From positions 1 to 34,034 of the forward strand of contig DASSNZ010000412.1 in NCBI GenBank assembly GCA_035701135.1: a DNA stretch of 34,034 bases, read 5' to 3'. Shown here piece by piece: positions 17,098-25,036 of this stretch; the first letter of the stretch is position 1, and every line of letters starts with the position of its first letter. Made by a program: the position numbers and the translations under genes. Below the pieces are notes generated by a model. That model was given only the letters and a program-made list of their open reading frames with translations. It had not been told where the DNA came from and ran no database searches. The stretch comes from Verrucomicrobiia bacterium (GTDB lineage Bacteria; Verrucomicrobiota; Verrucomicrobiia; Limisphaerales; DASXHY01).

Positions 17098-18489
17098 ATG
17101 TTGTTTCGATTTTCATCGCGGGAAACCGTTGGCGCTGGCGCGGCGATTCTTTTATCGAGTTTGCTCGCCGCGTCATTGGTGCATGGCGATGTTGATTCGC
17201 CGTCCGCCGATTCCGCGTGGTCCCGCGTTCCGGAAATTCTGGCCCGCATTCAGCCGCCGCGGTTTCCCGACCGCACATTCGACATCACCGATTTTGGCGC
17301 GAAACCGGATGGAAAATCCGATTGCACAAAAGCCTTCGCCCGCGCCATTGCCGCGTGCCACGAAGCCGGCGGCGGAAAGGTCAATGTTCCGCCCGGCGAT
17401 TTTTTAACCGGCGCGATTCATCTTGAAAGCAACGTGAATTTGCATCTGGAAAAAGGCGCGACGATCAGGTTCAGCACGGATCCGAATGATTTTTTGCCGG
17501 TCGTGTTTTCGCGGGATGTCGCGGAAATGATGAATTACTCGCCGTTTATTTATGCCTTCGAAAAGACCAACGTGGCGGTCACCGGCGAAGGAACGATTGA
17601 CGGGCAGGCTTCGAAATCCGTCTGGCCCGAATGGCTGCAAAAAGCCAAAGCGGACGCCGCGAAATTGACTCAAATGGGCGACGCGGAAATTCCGGTGAAG
17701 GAACGCGTCATGGGAAAAGGACATTTTATTCGCCCGTGTTTTGTCGAACCGGTCCGCTGTCGCAACGTGCTGATCGAAGGCATTCACGTCGTGGATTCGC
17801 CGATGTGGGAATTGCATCCGCTTTACTGCACCAATGTCACGATTCGCGGCGTGAGCATCGCGTCGCACGGGAAAAACAACGACGGCTGCGATCCGGATTC
17901 CTGCACGGATGTGCTGATTGAAAATTGCGCATTCGACACCGGCGACGATTGCATTGCGATCAAATCGGGCCGCGATCATGATGGACGCCGGGTGAATATT
18001 CCCAGTCAGAATATTGTGATTCGCAACTGCGTTTTCAAACGCGGTCATGGCGGCGTCACGCTCGGAAGCGAAACCGCGGGCGGATTGCGAAGCGTCTTTG
18101 CGGAGAACTGCCGCTTCGACAGTCCGGATCTGGATCAGGCATTGCGTTTCAAAACCAATCCGGCTCGCGGCGGTTTCATCGAGGACGTGCATATCCGCAA
18201 CTGTGAAATTCAGACCGCGCGATACGGCATTTACATCACGATGCGATACGCCAGCAGCGGCGCGAAGGAAGGCGATGCGTTTCCCGAAGTGCATGACATT
18301 GAAATTCGCGATTGCTCGTTCAATACGCTAACGAAAAGTCCGGTGGTGATTGAAGGCTGGTCGCCGGAACATCCGGTTTCCGATGTGACGATTGCGAATT
18401 GCGATTTCAAAAACGCCGCGCAACCCGTCCGCATCACAAACGCAGTTGAAATTCATTTGGTGAACAATCGCGGATTGAAACAGGACTAG
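17098..18489 (+). CDS. Glycoside hydrolase family 28, exo-polygalacturonase type, secreted
   Basis: Signal peptide MLFRFSSRETVGAGAAILLSSLLAASLVHG. Motifs FDITDFGAKPDGKSDCTKAF, NNDGCDP, GDDCIAIKSG, GHGGVTLGSE and LRFKT. Confidence 0.85.
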   Translation: MLFRFSSRETVGAGAAILLSSLLAASLVHGDVDSPSADSAWSRVPEILARIQPPRFPDRTFDITDFGAKPDGKSDCTKAFARAIAACHEAGGGKVNVPPGDFLTGAIHLESNVNLHLEKGATIRFSTDPNDFLPVVFSRDVAEMMNYSPFIYAFEKTNVAVTGEGTIDGQASKSVWPEWLQKAKADAAKLTQMGDAEIPVKERVMGKGHFIRPCFVEPVRCRNVLIEGIHVVDSPMWELHPLYCTNVTIRGVSIASHGKNNDGCDPDSCTDVLIENCAFDTGDDCIAIKSGRDHDGRRVNIPSQNIVIRNCVFKRGHGGVTLGSETAGGLRSVFAENCRFDSPDLDQALRFKTNPARGGFIEDVHIRNCEIQTARYGIYITMRYASSGAKEGDAFPEVHDIEIRDCSFNTLTKSPVVIEGWSPEHPVSDVTIANCDFKNAAQPVRITNAVEIHLVNNRGLKQD

Positions 18490-18492
18490 CGG

Positions 18493-19890
18493 ATGTTGAG
18501 CAAAACCGAATCCCAATCCGCGACTGCTGCGAACCGCCCGTTCCAGTCTTCTCCGGGGCGTTTCCGTTGGGTGATCTGCCTGCTGCTCTTTTTTTCCGTG
18601 GCGGTGAATTACATTGACCGCCTGGTCATTGGCATTCTCAAGCAGCCGCTCAGCGCGCAACTCGGATGGAACGATGCGGATTACGGCTACATCGCCGCGG
18701 CGTTTTCGTTCGCTTATGCGTTCGGGTATCTGATCGGCGGACGCGCGATGGATCGTCTCGGCGTCAAACGCGGGCTTCCCATTTTTGTGCTTTGCTGGAG
18801 CCTTGCCGCGACGGCGCACGGGCTTTGCGGTTTGATTGGCGTGGACCAGTTGTTTCGAATTCAGTATCCGTGGTTTGCGGGCGCGGAGAAAGGGATCGTG
18901 TGGATGACGCTCGCGATGCCCATGACGGCCGCGGGTTTTATGCTGGCGCGCATCGGGCTTGGATTGTCCGAAGGCGGCAATTTTCCGGCCGCGATCAAAA
19001 CCGTCACGGAATGGTTTCCGGCGAAGGAACGCGCGCTCGCGACGGGATGGTTCAACACCGGCTCGAATGTCGGAGCGGTTTTGTGTCCGGTCGGCGTGCC
19101 CTGGATTTTCAAACATCTGGGATGGGAAACGACTTTTTACATCACCGGCGGACTGGGATTTCTCTGGGTGATCGCCTGGTGGTTTGTCTATGATCCGCCT
19201 GAAAAACACAAACGGCTTTCTCCGGCGGAACTGGCGTACATCAAAAGCGATCCGCCGGGCGCGGAAAAGGAGCCGGCCAAAGTTCCATGGCTTTCGCTGC
19301 TCGGTTATCGGGCGGTTTGGGCTTACATCCTTGCCGGAATTTTCGCGGGACCGGCCTGGGGATTTTATCAGCTCTTTCTGCCGGATTTTTTGGAGAAGCG
19401 TTTTCATCTGGACCTCCAGGCAATCGGAATCTGGACGGGAATTTTCTTTGTCATCGCGGCGGTGGGCGGCGTGGCGGGAGGCTGGCTGGCGAAACGGCTG
19501 CTGAATCGCGGTTGGGACCTGAACGCCGCGCGAAAAGTTTCCCTGCTGGTTTGCGCGCTGTCGGTTGTGCCGGTGTTTCTGGCGCCATTCGCCGGAAGCA
19601 TCTGGCTGGCCGTCCTCATCGTCGGAATTGCCGGATCGGCTCATCAGGGCTGGTCGTCGAATCTTTATTGCGTGGTTTCCGATACCATGCCCAGGGAAGC
19701 CGTGAGCTCGGTGGTCGGCCTCGGCGGATTCGTCACCTATTTCACGGGCGGATTCGTCAGCGCCATCACCGGCCTGATCCTTCAAAAAACGGGAAGTTAC
19801 GTTCTCGTGTTTGCCTACTTCTCGGGAATGTACGTCCTGTCGCTCCTCGCGCTGCAACTGCTGGTGCCGAGAATTGGATCCCGCAAATGA
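18493..19890 (+). CDS. exuT: MFS transporter of the hexuronate (ExuT-like, ACS) family
   Basis: 465 aa with 12-TM character. The ExuT-like N-terminus reads FRWVICLLLFFSVAVNYIDRLVIGILKQPL...WNDADYGYIAAAFSFAYAFGY. The start lies 3 nt after the GH28 stop. The symbol rests on family resemblance only. Confidence 0.7.
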   Translation: MLSKTESQSATAANRPFQSSPGRFRWVICLLLFFSVAVNYIDRLVIGILKQPLSAQLGWNDADYGYIAAAFSFAYAFGYLIGGRAMDRLGVKRGLPIFVLCWSLAATAHGLCGLIGVDQLFRIQYPWFAGAEKGIVWMTLAMPMTAAGFMLARIGLGLSEGGNFPAAIKTVTEWFPAKERALATGWFNTGSNVGAVLCPVGVPWIFKHLGWETTFYITGGLGFLWVIAWWFVYDPPEKHKRLSPAELAYIKSDPPGAEKEPAKVPWLSLLGYRAVWAYILAGIFAGPAWGFYQLFLPDFLEKRFHLDLQAIGIWTGIFFVIAAVGGVAGGWLAKRLLNRGWDLNAARKVSLLVCALSVVPVFLAPFAGSIWLAVLIVGIAGSAHQGWSSNLYCVVSDTMPREAVSSVVGLGGFVTYFTGGFVSAITGLILQKTGSYVLVFAYFSGMYVLSLLALQLLVPRIGSRK

Positions 19891-21464
19891 ACAGTTCCTT
19901 GCCTTCGCCATCCATTCAATCGCCCGCCGGAAAAAACCGGTCCGACTGGCCGCATGTTGCGGATCCGGGAGACGGAACATTCCGCAATCCGATTCTCTTC
20001 GCGGATTATTCCGATCCGGATGTGATTCGTCATGGCGACGATTTCTACCTGACCGCGTCGAGCTTCAACTGCACGCCGGGACTCCCGATTCTGCATTCGC
20101 GCGATCTCGTCAACTGGACTTTGATCGGCCACGCGATTGAAAATCTGCCGCATCCGCGTTACTCGGCCGTGCGGCATGGTTGCGGCATCTGGGCGCCGTC
20201 GTTGCGCTTTCATGACGGACGTTTCTGGATTTTCTTTCCGATGCCGGACGAAGGAATTTACGTCGTAACTGCCGAACATCCCGCCGGGCCGTGGTCGGAA
20301 CCGCATCTCGTGCAGGAGGGAAAGGGATTGATTGATCCGTGTCCGCTTTGGGACGACGACGGCAAAGCCTATCTTGTCCATGCGTTCGCCCATTCCCGCG
20401 CCGGCATTAAACATCAACTGCGCGTCTGCCCGATGTCGCCGGATGGACGCAAACTGTCAGGCTCCGGGAAAATTGTTTTTCACGCGCCGGAACGCCATCC
20501 GACGATTGAAGGTCCCAAGTTTCTCAAGAAGGACGGATGGTATTACATTTTCGCTCCCGCGGGCGGCGTGGCCACAGGCTGGCAGGTGGCTTTGCGATCA
20601 CGCAATATTTACGGACCTTACGAAGACCGGATCGTTCTCGAACAAGGCGCTTCGGACATAAACGGCCCGCACCAGGGCGCGCTGGTGGATACTCCGAACG
20701 GCCAGTGGTGGTTTTTTCATTTTCAGGACAGAGGACTGTACGGTCGGGTGGTTCATCTCCAACCCGTTGAATGGCGCGAAGGCTGGCCGTTGATCGGGCG
20801 GGACAGCGATGGAAACGGAATTGGCGAACCTGTATCGGAATGCGCCAGTCCCGTCGTCGCGCTCCGCAGCGCTCCGGTTTTTCCGGATTCCAGCGATGAA
20901 TTCGATTCCGTCAAACCCGGGTTGCAGTGGCAATGGCACGCAAACCATCGGCGAGAATGGTTTTCGCTGACGGCGCGGCCCGGTTTTTTGCGACTGTTCA
21001 ACCAGCCATCCGACGCGGCGGTCCTTTCCGATACGCCCAATCTTTTGCTCCAAAAATTTCCCGCGCGCTCCTTCACCGTCGAAACGGCGTTGGAATTTTT
21101 TCCGGAAAATTCCGGCGACGAAGCGGGTTTAATAATTACGGGCCGAACATTTGCCGCAATCGCAATCCGGCGCGAGCGGGACGGAAATAAAATATTGTTT
21201 CGCAGCAATCACACCGAAACGGAATTGTCCATCGCCGACGCCGTCCGTTGCCGGTTTTTCGCCGATGTGAGTCCCGGCGGGATTTGCCGTTTCCGATTTG
21301 CGATTGGCGAAGACGCTCCGAAAAAAATAGACTTTGAATTCAAAGCCACCGCCGGATTTTGGATCGGCGCGAAAGTGGGAATTTACAGCATCAGCCGAAA
21401 CAGCGCGCCGAAAGGTTACGCCGATTTCGATTACTTCCGTTTTTCCGAACTGCGCGTTTGCTGA
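19887..21464 (+). CDS. Glycoside hydrolase family 43 (beta-xylosidase / alpha-L-arabinofuranosidase type) with a C-terminal beta-sandwich, no signal peptide
   Basis: ATG 19887-19889 overlaps the exuT-like stop TGA 19888-19890 (ATGA). GH43 blocks are NPILFADYSDPDVIRHGDDFYL, GIWAPSLRF, IDPCPLWDDDGKAYL and IEGPKFLKKDGWYYIF. The ORF-track extension back to 19287 overlaps the transporter and is not coding. Confidence 0.85.
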   Translation: MNSSLPSPSIQSPAGKNRSDWPHVADPGDGTFRNPILFADYSDPDVIRHGDDFYLTASSFNCTPGLPILHSRDLVNWTLIGHAIENLPHPRYSAVRHGCGIWAPSLRFHDGRFWIFFPMPDEGIYVVTAEHPAGPWSEPHLVQEGKGLIDPCPLWDDDGKAYLVHAFAHSRAGIKHQLRVCPMSPDGRKLSGSGKIVFHAPERHPTIEGPKFLKKDGWYYIFAPAGGVATGWQVALRSRNIYGPYEDRIVLEQGASDINGPHQGALVDTPNGQWWFFHFQDRGLYGRVVHLQPVEWREGWPLIGRDSDGNGIGEPVSECASPVVALRSAPVFPDSSDEFDSVKPGLQWQWHANHRREWFSLTARPGFLRLFNQPSDAAVLSDTPNLLLQKFPARSFTVETALEFFPENSGDEAGLIITGRTFAAIAIRRERDGNKILFRSNHTETELSIADAVRCRFFADVSPGGICRFRFAIGEDAPKKIDFEFKATAGFWIGAKVGIYSISRNSAPKGYADFDYFRFSELRVC

Positions 21465-21505
21465 ATCGGCAAAGGCACGATTTTTCGGAAAACAAAAAGA
21501 GAACC

Positions 21506-21527
21506 CCGCCCGGCGGAATTTTCCTTT
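21506..21527 (+). terminator. Weak hairpin plus T-rich tail after the GH43 gene
   Basis: CCGC-CCG-GCGG (21506-21516) is followed by AATTTTCCTTT. The stem is only 4 bp, and the T-rich tail runs up to the stop codon of the convergent gene. Confidence 0.25.
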
Positions 21528-22891
21528 CAAACCTTCGGTTCCCAGCCCGGCTCGTATTCGCGACGCCAGAGTTTCATCGCGTCCGCGTCGTTTGCGATAT
21601 GGCCGTTCGTCGTGTCGCAATGCAGTTCACGTCCGACGCGCCACGCGATATTGCCGAGGTGCAGCAACGTCACGCTTTTGTAGCCTTCAGAAATGGGGCA
21701 GGTGAGTTGGTCTTTGCCGCGGATGGTTTCGATGAAATTTGCGACGTGCGCGGTGTCCATTCCGATTCCGCTCGCGCTGATGGTGTTGGTCGGGTCCACC
21801 ACTTCGTCGCCTTTGGCTTGTTTGACGATTTTTCTTTTTTGGTCGTAAATGATGTAGTCGTTTCCATCCAGCAAGGCCGTGCCTTCCGTTCCGTAAATCA
21901 AAGTGCCGCGCGCCCTGCCTTCCACCGGAAAATCGTTACAGCTCCGGCTTTCCCAACTCATGCTTTTGCCTTCCGGAAAATCCCATGAAATGGTTTGCGT
22001 GTCCGGCGTTTCCCAATCGTCCTGAAACGCGTAACGTCCGCCGTTGGAGGAAACGCGCGACGGCCAATCCACGCCCAAAGCCCAGCGCGCGACATCAATT
22101 TCGTGCGTGCCGTTGTTGAGCGCCTCGCCGGTTCCGTAAATCCAGCGCCAATGCCAGTTGTAATGAACCAGATTATCAATGAACGGACGGCGCGGCGCCG
22201 GGCCTTGCCATAATTCGTAATCCAGCCATTCGGGAACCGGCGCGGGTTTTCCGTGGCCGATCGAGCCGCGATTGTTCGCATACCAGCCTTTTCCAAAATA
22301 CGTTTTGCCAATAAGACCGGCGTGAATTTCCGGAATGATCTGGCGCATGTGCGCCGATGAGCGGCGTTGCGCGCCCATTTGCACGACGCGCCGGTATTTA
22401 TTGACGGCGGCAAGAAGAATCTCGCCTTCGTAAGGATTCTGGCTGCACGGTTTTTCCAGATAAACGTGTTTGCCCGCCTGCATCGCCAGAATCGCCATCG
22501 GCGTATGCCAATGATCCGGAGTCGCGATGGTCACGGCGTCCAGCGATTTGTCTTCGAGAGCTTTTCGGAAATCCTTCAGCCCTTTGGCTTCTGTTTTTTG
22601 TTTTTTGGAAACCTCCTTCAAGCCCTTGGCAATGGCGCGATCGTCCACGTCGCAGATGTAAGAGATTTCAACGCCGGGAATCCGTGCCAGACAATCAATA
22701 TGCGCGATGCCGCGTCCGTTCGTTCCAATCACCGCGGTTGTGATTTTGTCATTCGCGCCAATCGCGCGCGCGGGCGAATCGGATTGGGCGTTCGCGTTTC
22801 CAAGCGAACCCAGATAACCGGCCATTCCGAGGCTGACGCCTGCCGCTCCGGTTTGCTTTAAAAAATTTCGACGATTCATGGAATTGTTCAT
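21527..22891 (-). CDS. TAT-exported Gfo/Idh/MocA-family NAD(P)-dependent oxidoreductase
   Basis: Twin-arginine signal MNRRNFLKQTGAAGVSLGMAGYLGSLGNANA. Rossmann block TTAVIGTNGRGIAH and the family EKP motif HVYLEKPCS. The start could be ATG 22891 or ATG 22879. Confidence 0.8.
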   Translation of the reverse strand: MNNSMNRRNFLKQTGAAGVSLGMAGYLGSLGNANAQSDSPARAIGANDKITTAVIGTNGRGIAHIDCLARIPGVEISYICDVDDRAIAKGLKEVSKKQKTEAKGLKDFRKALEDKSLDAVTIATPDHWHTPMAILAMQAGKHVYLEKPCSQNPYEGEILLAAVNKYRRVVQMGAQRRSSAHMRQIIPEIHAGLIGKTYFGKGWYANNRGSIGHGKPAPVPEWLDYELWQGPAPRRPFIDNLVHYNWHWRWIYGTGEALNNGTHEIDVARWALGVDWPSRVSSNGGRYAFQDDWETPDTQTISWDFPEGKSMSWESRSCNDFPVEGRARGTLIYGTEGTALLDGNDYIIYDQKRKIVKQAKGDEVVDPTNTISASGIGMDTAHVANFIETIRGKDQLTCPISEGYKSVTLLHLGNIAWRVGRELHCDTTNGHIANDADAMKLWRREYEPGWEPKV

Positions 22892-23052
22892 GGTGCTCGC
22901 TTTGATTGACGTTGAATAAATGTTTTTGTCACGGCGCAATGGATTGCCGACGGCAATTTCCTGCGACCGGTGAAATCATCAAAGCATATTTCCACGGTTC
23001 GCGTCCAGCGCCTTATGCCTTTGACAATGAAACTGATGGTATTGTGAAGTTG

Positions 23053-23487
23053 TCAGTCCGTCGCGATGTCGTCGGAGAGTTCGTTGTGATCGCCGGCATT
23101 CCGGGGAAAATATTTCGAAAGCAATTCTCCGGCGCGCGCGATGCCAAGCTGAATGCCGCGCGTGAATTCCGAGCGGCGAAAATGCGATGCCATCGCGTTT
23201 GCGACTTCGTTCCAAAACGCATCGCCGCATTTGGCGTGAATGCCGGAATCGCCGACGACCGCGAACTTGCAGGTGAGCGGCGCGAGAAAAATCAGAACGC
23301 CATTGCGTTCGCGCGTTTTTTCCATCTCCAGCTTCACAAATTGTTCCTGCGCCGCCGCGACCGGATCTACGATTTCTTTGCGGCTGATGAAGACGCGAAT
23401 TTCACCGGAAGTCAGCCGTTCTGCGTCGCGAATGGCCGCGACGAGTTCGTTGTGTCGCAGTTGATTCAGGAATTTTTTAGCGCGCAT
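23053..23487 (-). CDS. TPM-domain protein (TLP18.3/Psb32/MOLO-1 phosphatase-like), soluble
   Basis: 144 aa from ATG 23487, one nt after the upstream stop (TGATATG). TPM-like blocks are SGEIRVFISRKEI and RNGVLIFLAPLTCKFAVVGDSGIH. The upstream part of the listed ORF is the shadow of the Gly-rich tail of the neighbouring gene. Confidence 0.7.
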   Translation of the reverse strand: MRAKKFLNQLRHNELVAAIRDAERLTSGEIRVFISRKEIVDPVAAAQEQFVKLEMEKTRERNGVLIFLAPLTCKFAVVGDSGIHAKCGDAFWNEVANAMASHFRRSEFTRGIQLGIARAGELLSKYFPRNAGDHNELSDDIATD

Positions 23488-23488
23488 A

Positions 23489-24241
23489 TCACCAGCTTCC
23501 TCCTGCGCCGCCGCCACCGAAACTTCCGCCGCCGCCCGAAAATCCTCCGCCTCCGCCTCCTGAAAATCCTCCTCCGCCGCCGAATCCTCCGCCAAAACCG
23601 CCGCCGCCAATCCACCATCCACTTCGCGATGAATAACCACGCCCGCGCCGACGCGACGTGGCGATAAGCACAATAAAAATCACCGCAAAAATCAGAAATG
23701 GCGCGAAGCCGCTCCATGTGCTGCCATGATGATTTTCCGCGGCGGTTCTGCCGGTTCCCTTGTATTCGCCTTTTGTCGCAGCGAGAATTGCCGCGACCCC
23801 GGCGCTAAGTCCCGCGTCAAAATTTCCATTGTGAAACCGGGGCGAGATTTCGTCGTCAATAATCCGTTTCGCCAGCGCGTCCGGCAGCGCGCCTTCCAAT
23901 CCGTAACCGACCTGCAAGTAAATTTTATGGTCCTGCACGAACACGAACAACACCGCGCCGTTGTCATGTTCCTTTTGGCCGACTTTCCACGCCCGCGCGA
24001 CGCGAACGGTGTAATCTTCGACGGATGAATCCGATTGCATTTTCGGGAAAATCGCCACGAGAATCTGATCGGATGTCTGACGCTCGAAATCTTCCAGCGT
24101 TTGGTTCAGACGCGTGGCGGTTGCGGAGGAAACCACATGCGCGTAGTCGTTGAAATATTGCTTCGGCGCGGGCGGAATCACTTCGGCGGCGAAAGCGCCC
24201 GCAGCGAGCAGCAGGAAAAAAATGACGCAAACGCGCTTCAC
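23489..24241 (-). CDS. TPM-domain membrane protein with a Gly-rich C-terminal tail (YgcG-like)
   Basis: GTG start at 24241 with signal peptide MKRVCVIFFLLLAAGAFA. TPM blocks are QILVAIFPKM and NGAVLFVFVQDHKIYLQVGYGLEG. One TM helix (FAPFLIFAVIFIVLIA) is followed by GGGGFGGGFGGGGGFSGGGGGGFSGGGGSFGGGGAGGSW. Confidence 0.75.
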   Translation of the reverse strand: MKRVCVIFFLLLAAGAFAAEVIPPAPKQYFNDYAHVVSSATATRLNQTLEDFERQTSDQILVAIFPKMQSDSSVEDYTVRVARAWKVGQKEHDNGAVLFVFVQDHKIYLQVGYGLEGALPDALAKRIIDDEISPRFHNGNFDAGLSAGVAAILAATKGEYKGTGRTAAENHHGSTWSGFAPFLIFAVIFIVLIATSRRRGRGYSSRSGWWIGGGGFGGGFGGGGGFSGGGGGGFSGGGGSFGGGGAGGSW

Positions 24242-24244
24242 GAT

Positions 24245-24892
24245 TTACGGCTTTGCGGGCGCGGGCGCGGAGGTGGAATTGTTGAAATCGAACTGGACTT
24301 TCGGCGGCGTTTCCGCGCCGGGCGTCGCGCTGAAATACGGTTTTTCGCGAAAGCCAAACATCCCCGCGTACATCACGGCGGGGAAGGATTTGATCGCGGT
24401 GTCATACGCCCGGACAGCTTCGTTGAAATCACGTCGCTCTACAGCAATGCGATTTTCGGTTCCTTCGAGTTGCGCCTGAAGATCGCGGAAATTCGCGCTG
24501 GATTTCAAATCGGGATAGCGCTCGACGACCACAAGCAATCGCGACAACGCAGACGAAAGCTGGCCTTGCGCGCGGTCGAATTCCGCGAGTTTGGAGGGAT
24601 CGGTCGGCGCGGAGGATGGATTCAATTTCACCTGGCCGACGGAAGCGCGCGCTTCGGTGATTTGCGTGAGCGTGGATTTCTCAAAATTCGCCGCGCCCGA
24701 AACTGTGGCAACAAGATTGGGCACGAGATCGGCGCGCCGTTGATAGACATTTTCCACCTGCGCCCACTGGCTGTCCACCGATTGCGAAAGCTTGACCAGA
24801 TGATTGTAACTGCCCGCCGCGATTGCGATGAGAATGAGAACGACGACCGCGAGCGCCACGAGAATTCCACAGCCGATTCCAAGTTTTTTCAT
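24245..24892 (-). CDS. lemA: LemA-family membrane protein
   Basis: ATG at 24892 (MKKLGIGCGILVALAVVVLILIAIAA). LemA blocks are YNHLVKLSQSVDSQWAQVENVYQRRADLVPNLV and RDFNEAVRAYDTAIKSFP. It is the first gene of a LemA-TPM-TPM operon with 3 nt and 1 nt gaps. Confidence 0.8.
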   Translation of the reverse strand: MKKLGIGCGILVALAVVVLILIAIAAGSYNHLVKLSQSVDSQWAQVENVYQRRADLVPNLVATVSGAANFEKSTLTQITEARASVGQVKLNPSSAPTDPSKLAEFDRAQGQLSSALSRLLVVVERYPDLKSSANFRDLQAQLEGTENRIAVERRDFNEAVRAYDTAIKSFPAVMYAGMFGFREKPYFSATPGAETPPKVQFDFNNSTSAPAPAKP

Positions 24893-25036
24893 AAATTGAG
24901 TTGCCGACAAAATAACTCTGCATGGCAATTCAACAACTACAAATCAGCCCGTCGTTTGTAGCGGATTGAAAAACGCGCCCGAAGGCGAAACGAGAATTTT
25001 TACTGGCTATTCCGTGAAGTTCCTGTTGTTCTCAAA

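Noticed and set aside
19287-19886. A 200-codon N-terminal extension of the GH43 ORF
   Set aside because: It overlaps the 3' third of the transporter gene in another frame and has a low-complexity Arg/Gly-rich composition. GH43 homology begins only after the ATG at 19887, which overlaps the transporter stop.
18328-19980. A 550 aa minus-strand ORF, Arg/Pro-rich, covering the whole ExuT-like gene
   Set aside because: It has a low-complexity basic composition and no recognisable domain. It lies exactly antisense to a well-supported 12-TM transporter gene. This is a typical shadow ORF in GC-rich coding DNA.
22950-22959. The 10-mer ACGGCAATTT recurs at 1323-1332, 22950-22959 and 25850-25859, and GGCAATTT occurs elsewhere
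   Set aside because: Some copies are inside coding regions, where the string simply spells the preferred codons GGC-AAT-TT(T). Recurrence is probably driven by composition and codon bias rather than by a shared site.
23466-23717. An 83 aa ORF with a poly-Arg run (RRRFWRRIRRRRRIFRRRRRR)
   Set aside because: It is the antisense or off-frame translation of the GGC/GGA-rich DNA encoding the Gly-rich tail of the YgcG-like TPM protein.
24915-24935. TGGCA-containing strings (here, and on the minus strand near 8665) examined as sigma-54 -24/-12 promoters
   Set aside because: The spacing and the -12 TTGC element do not match TGGCAC-N5-TTGC.
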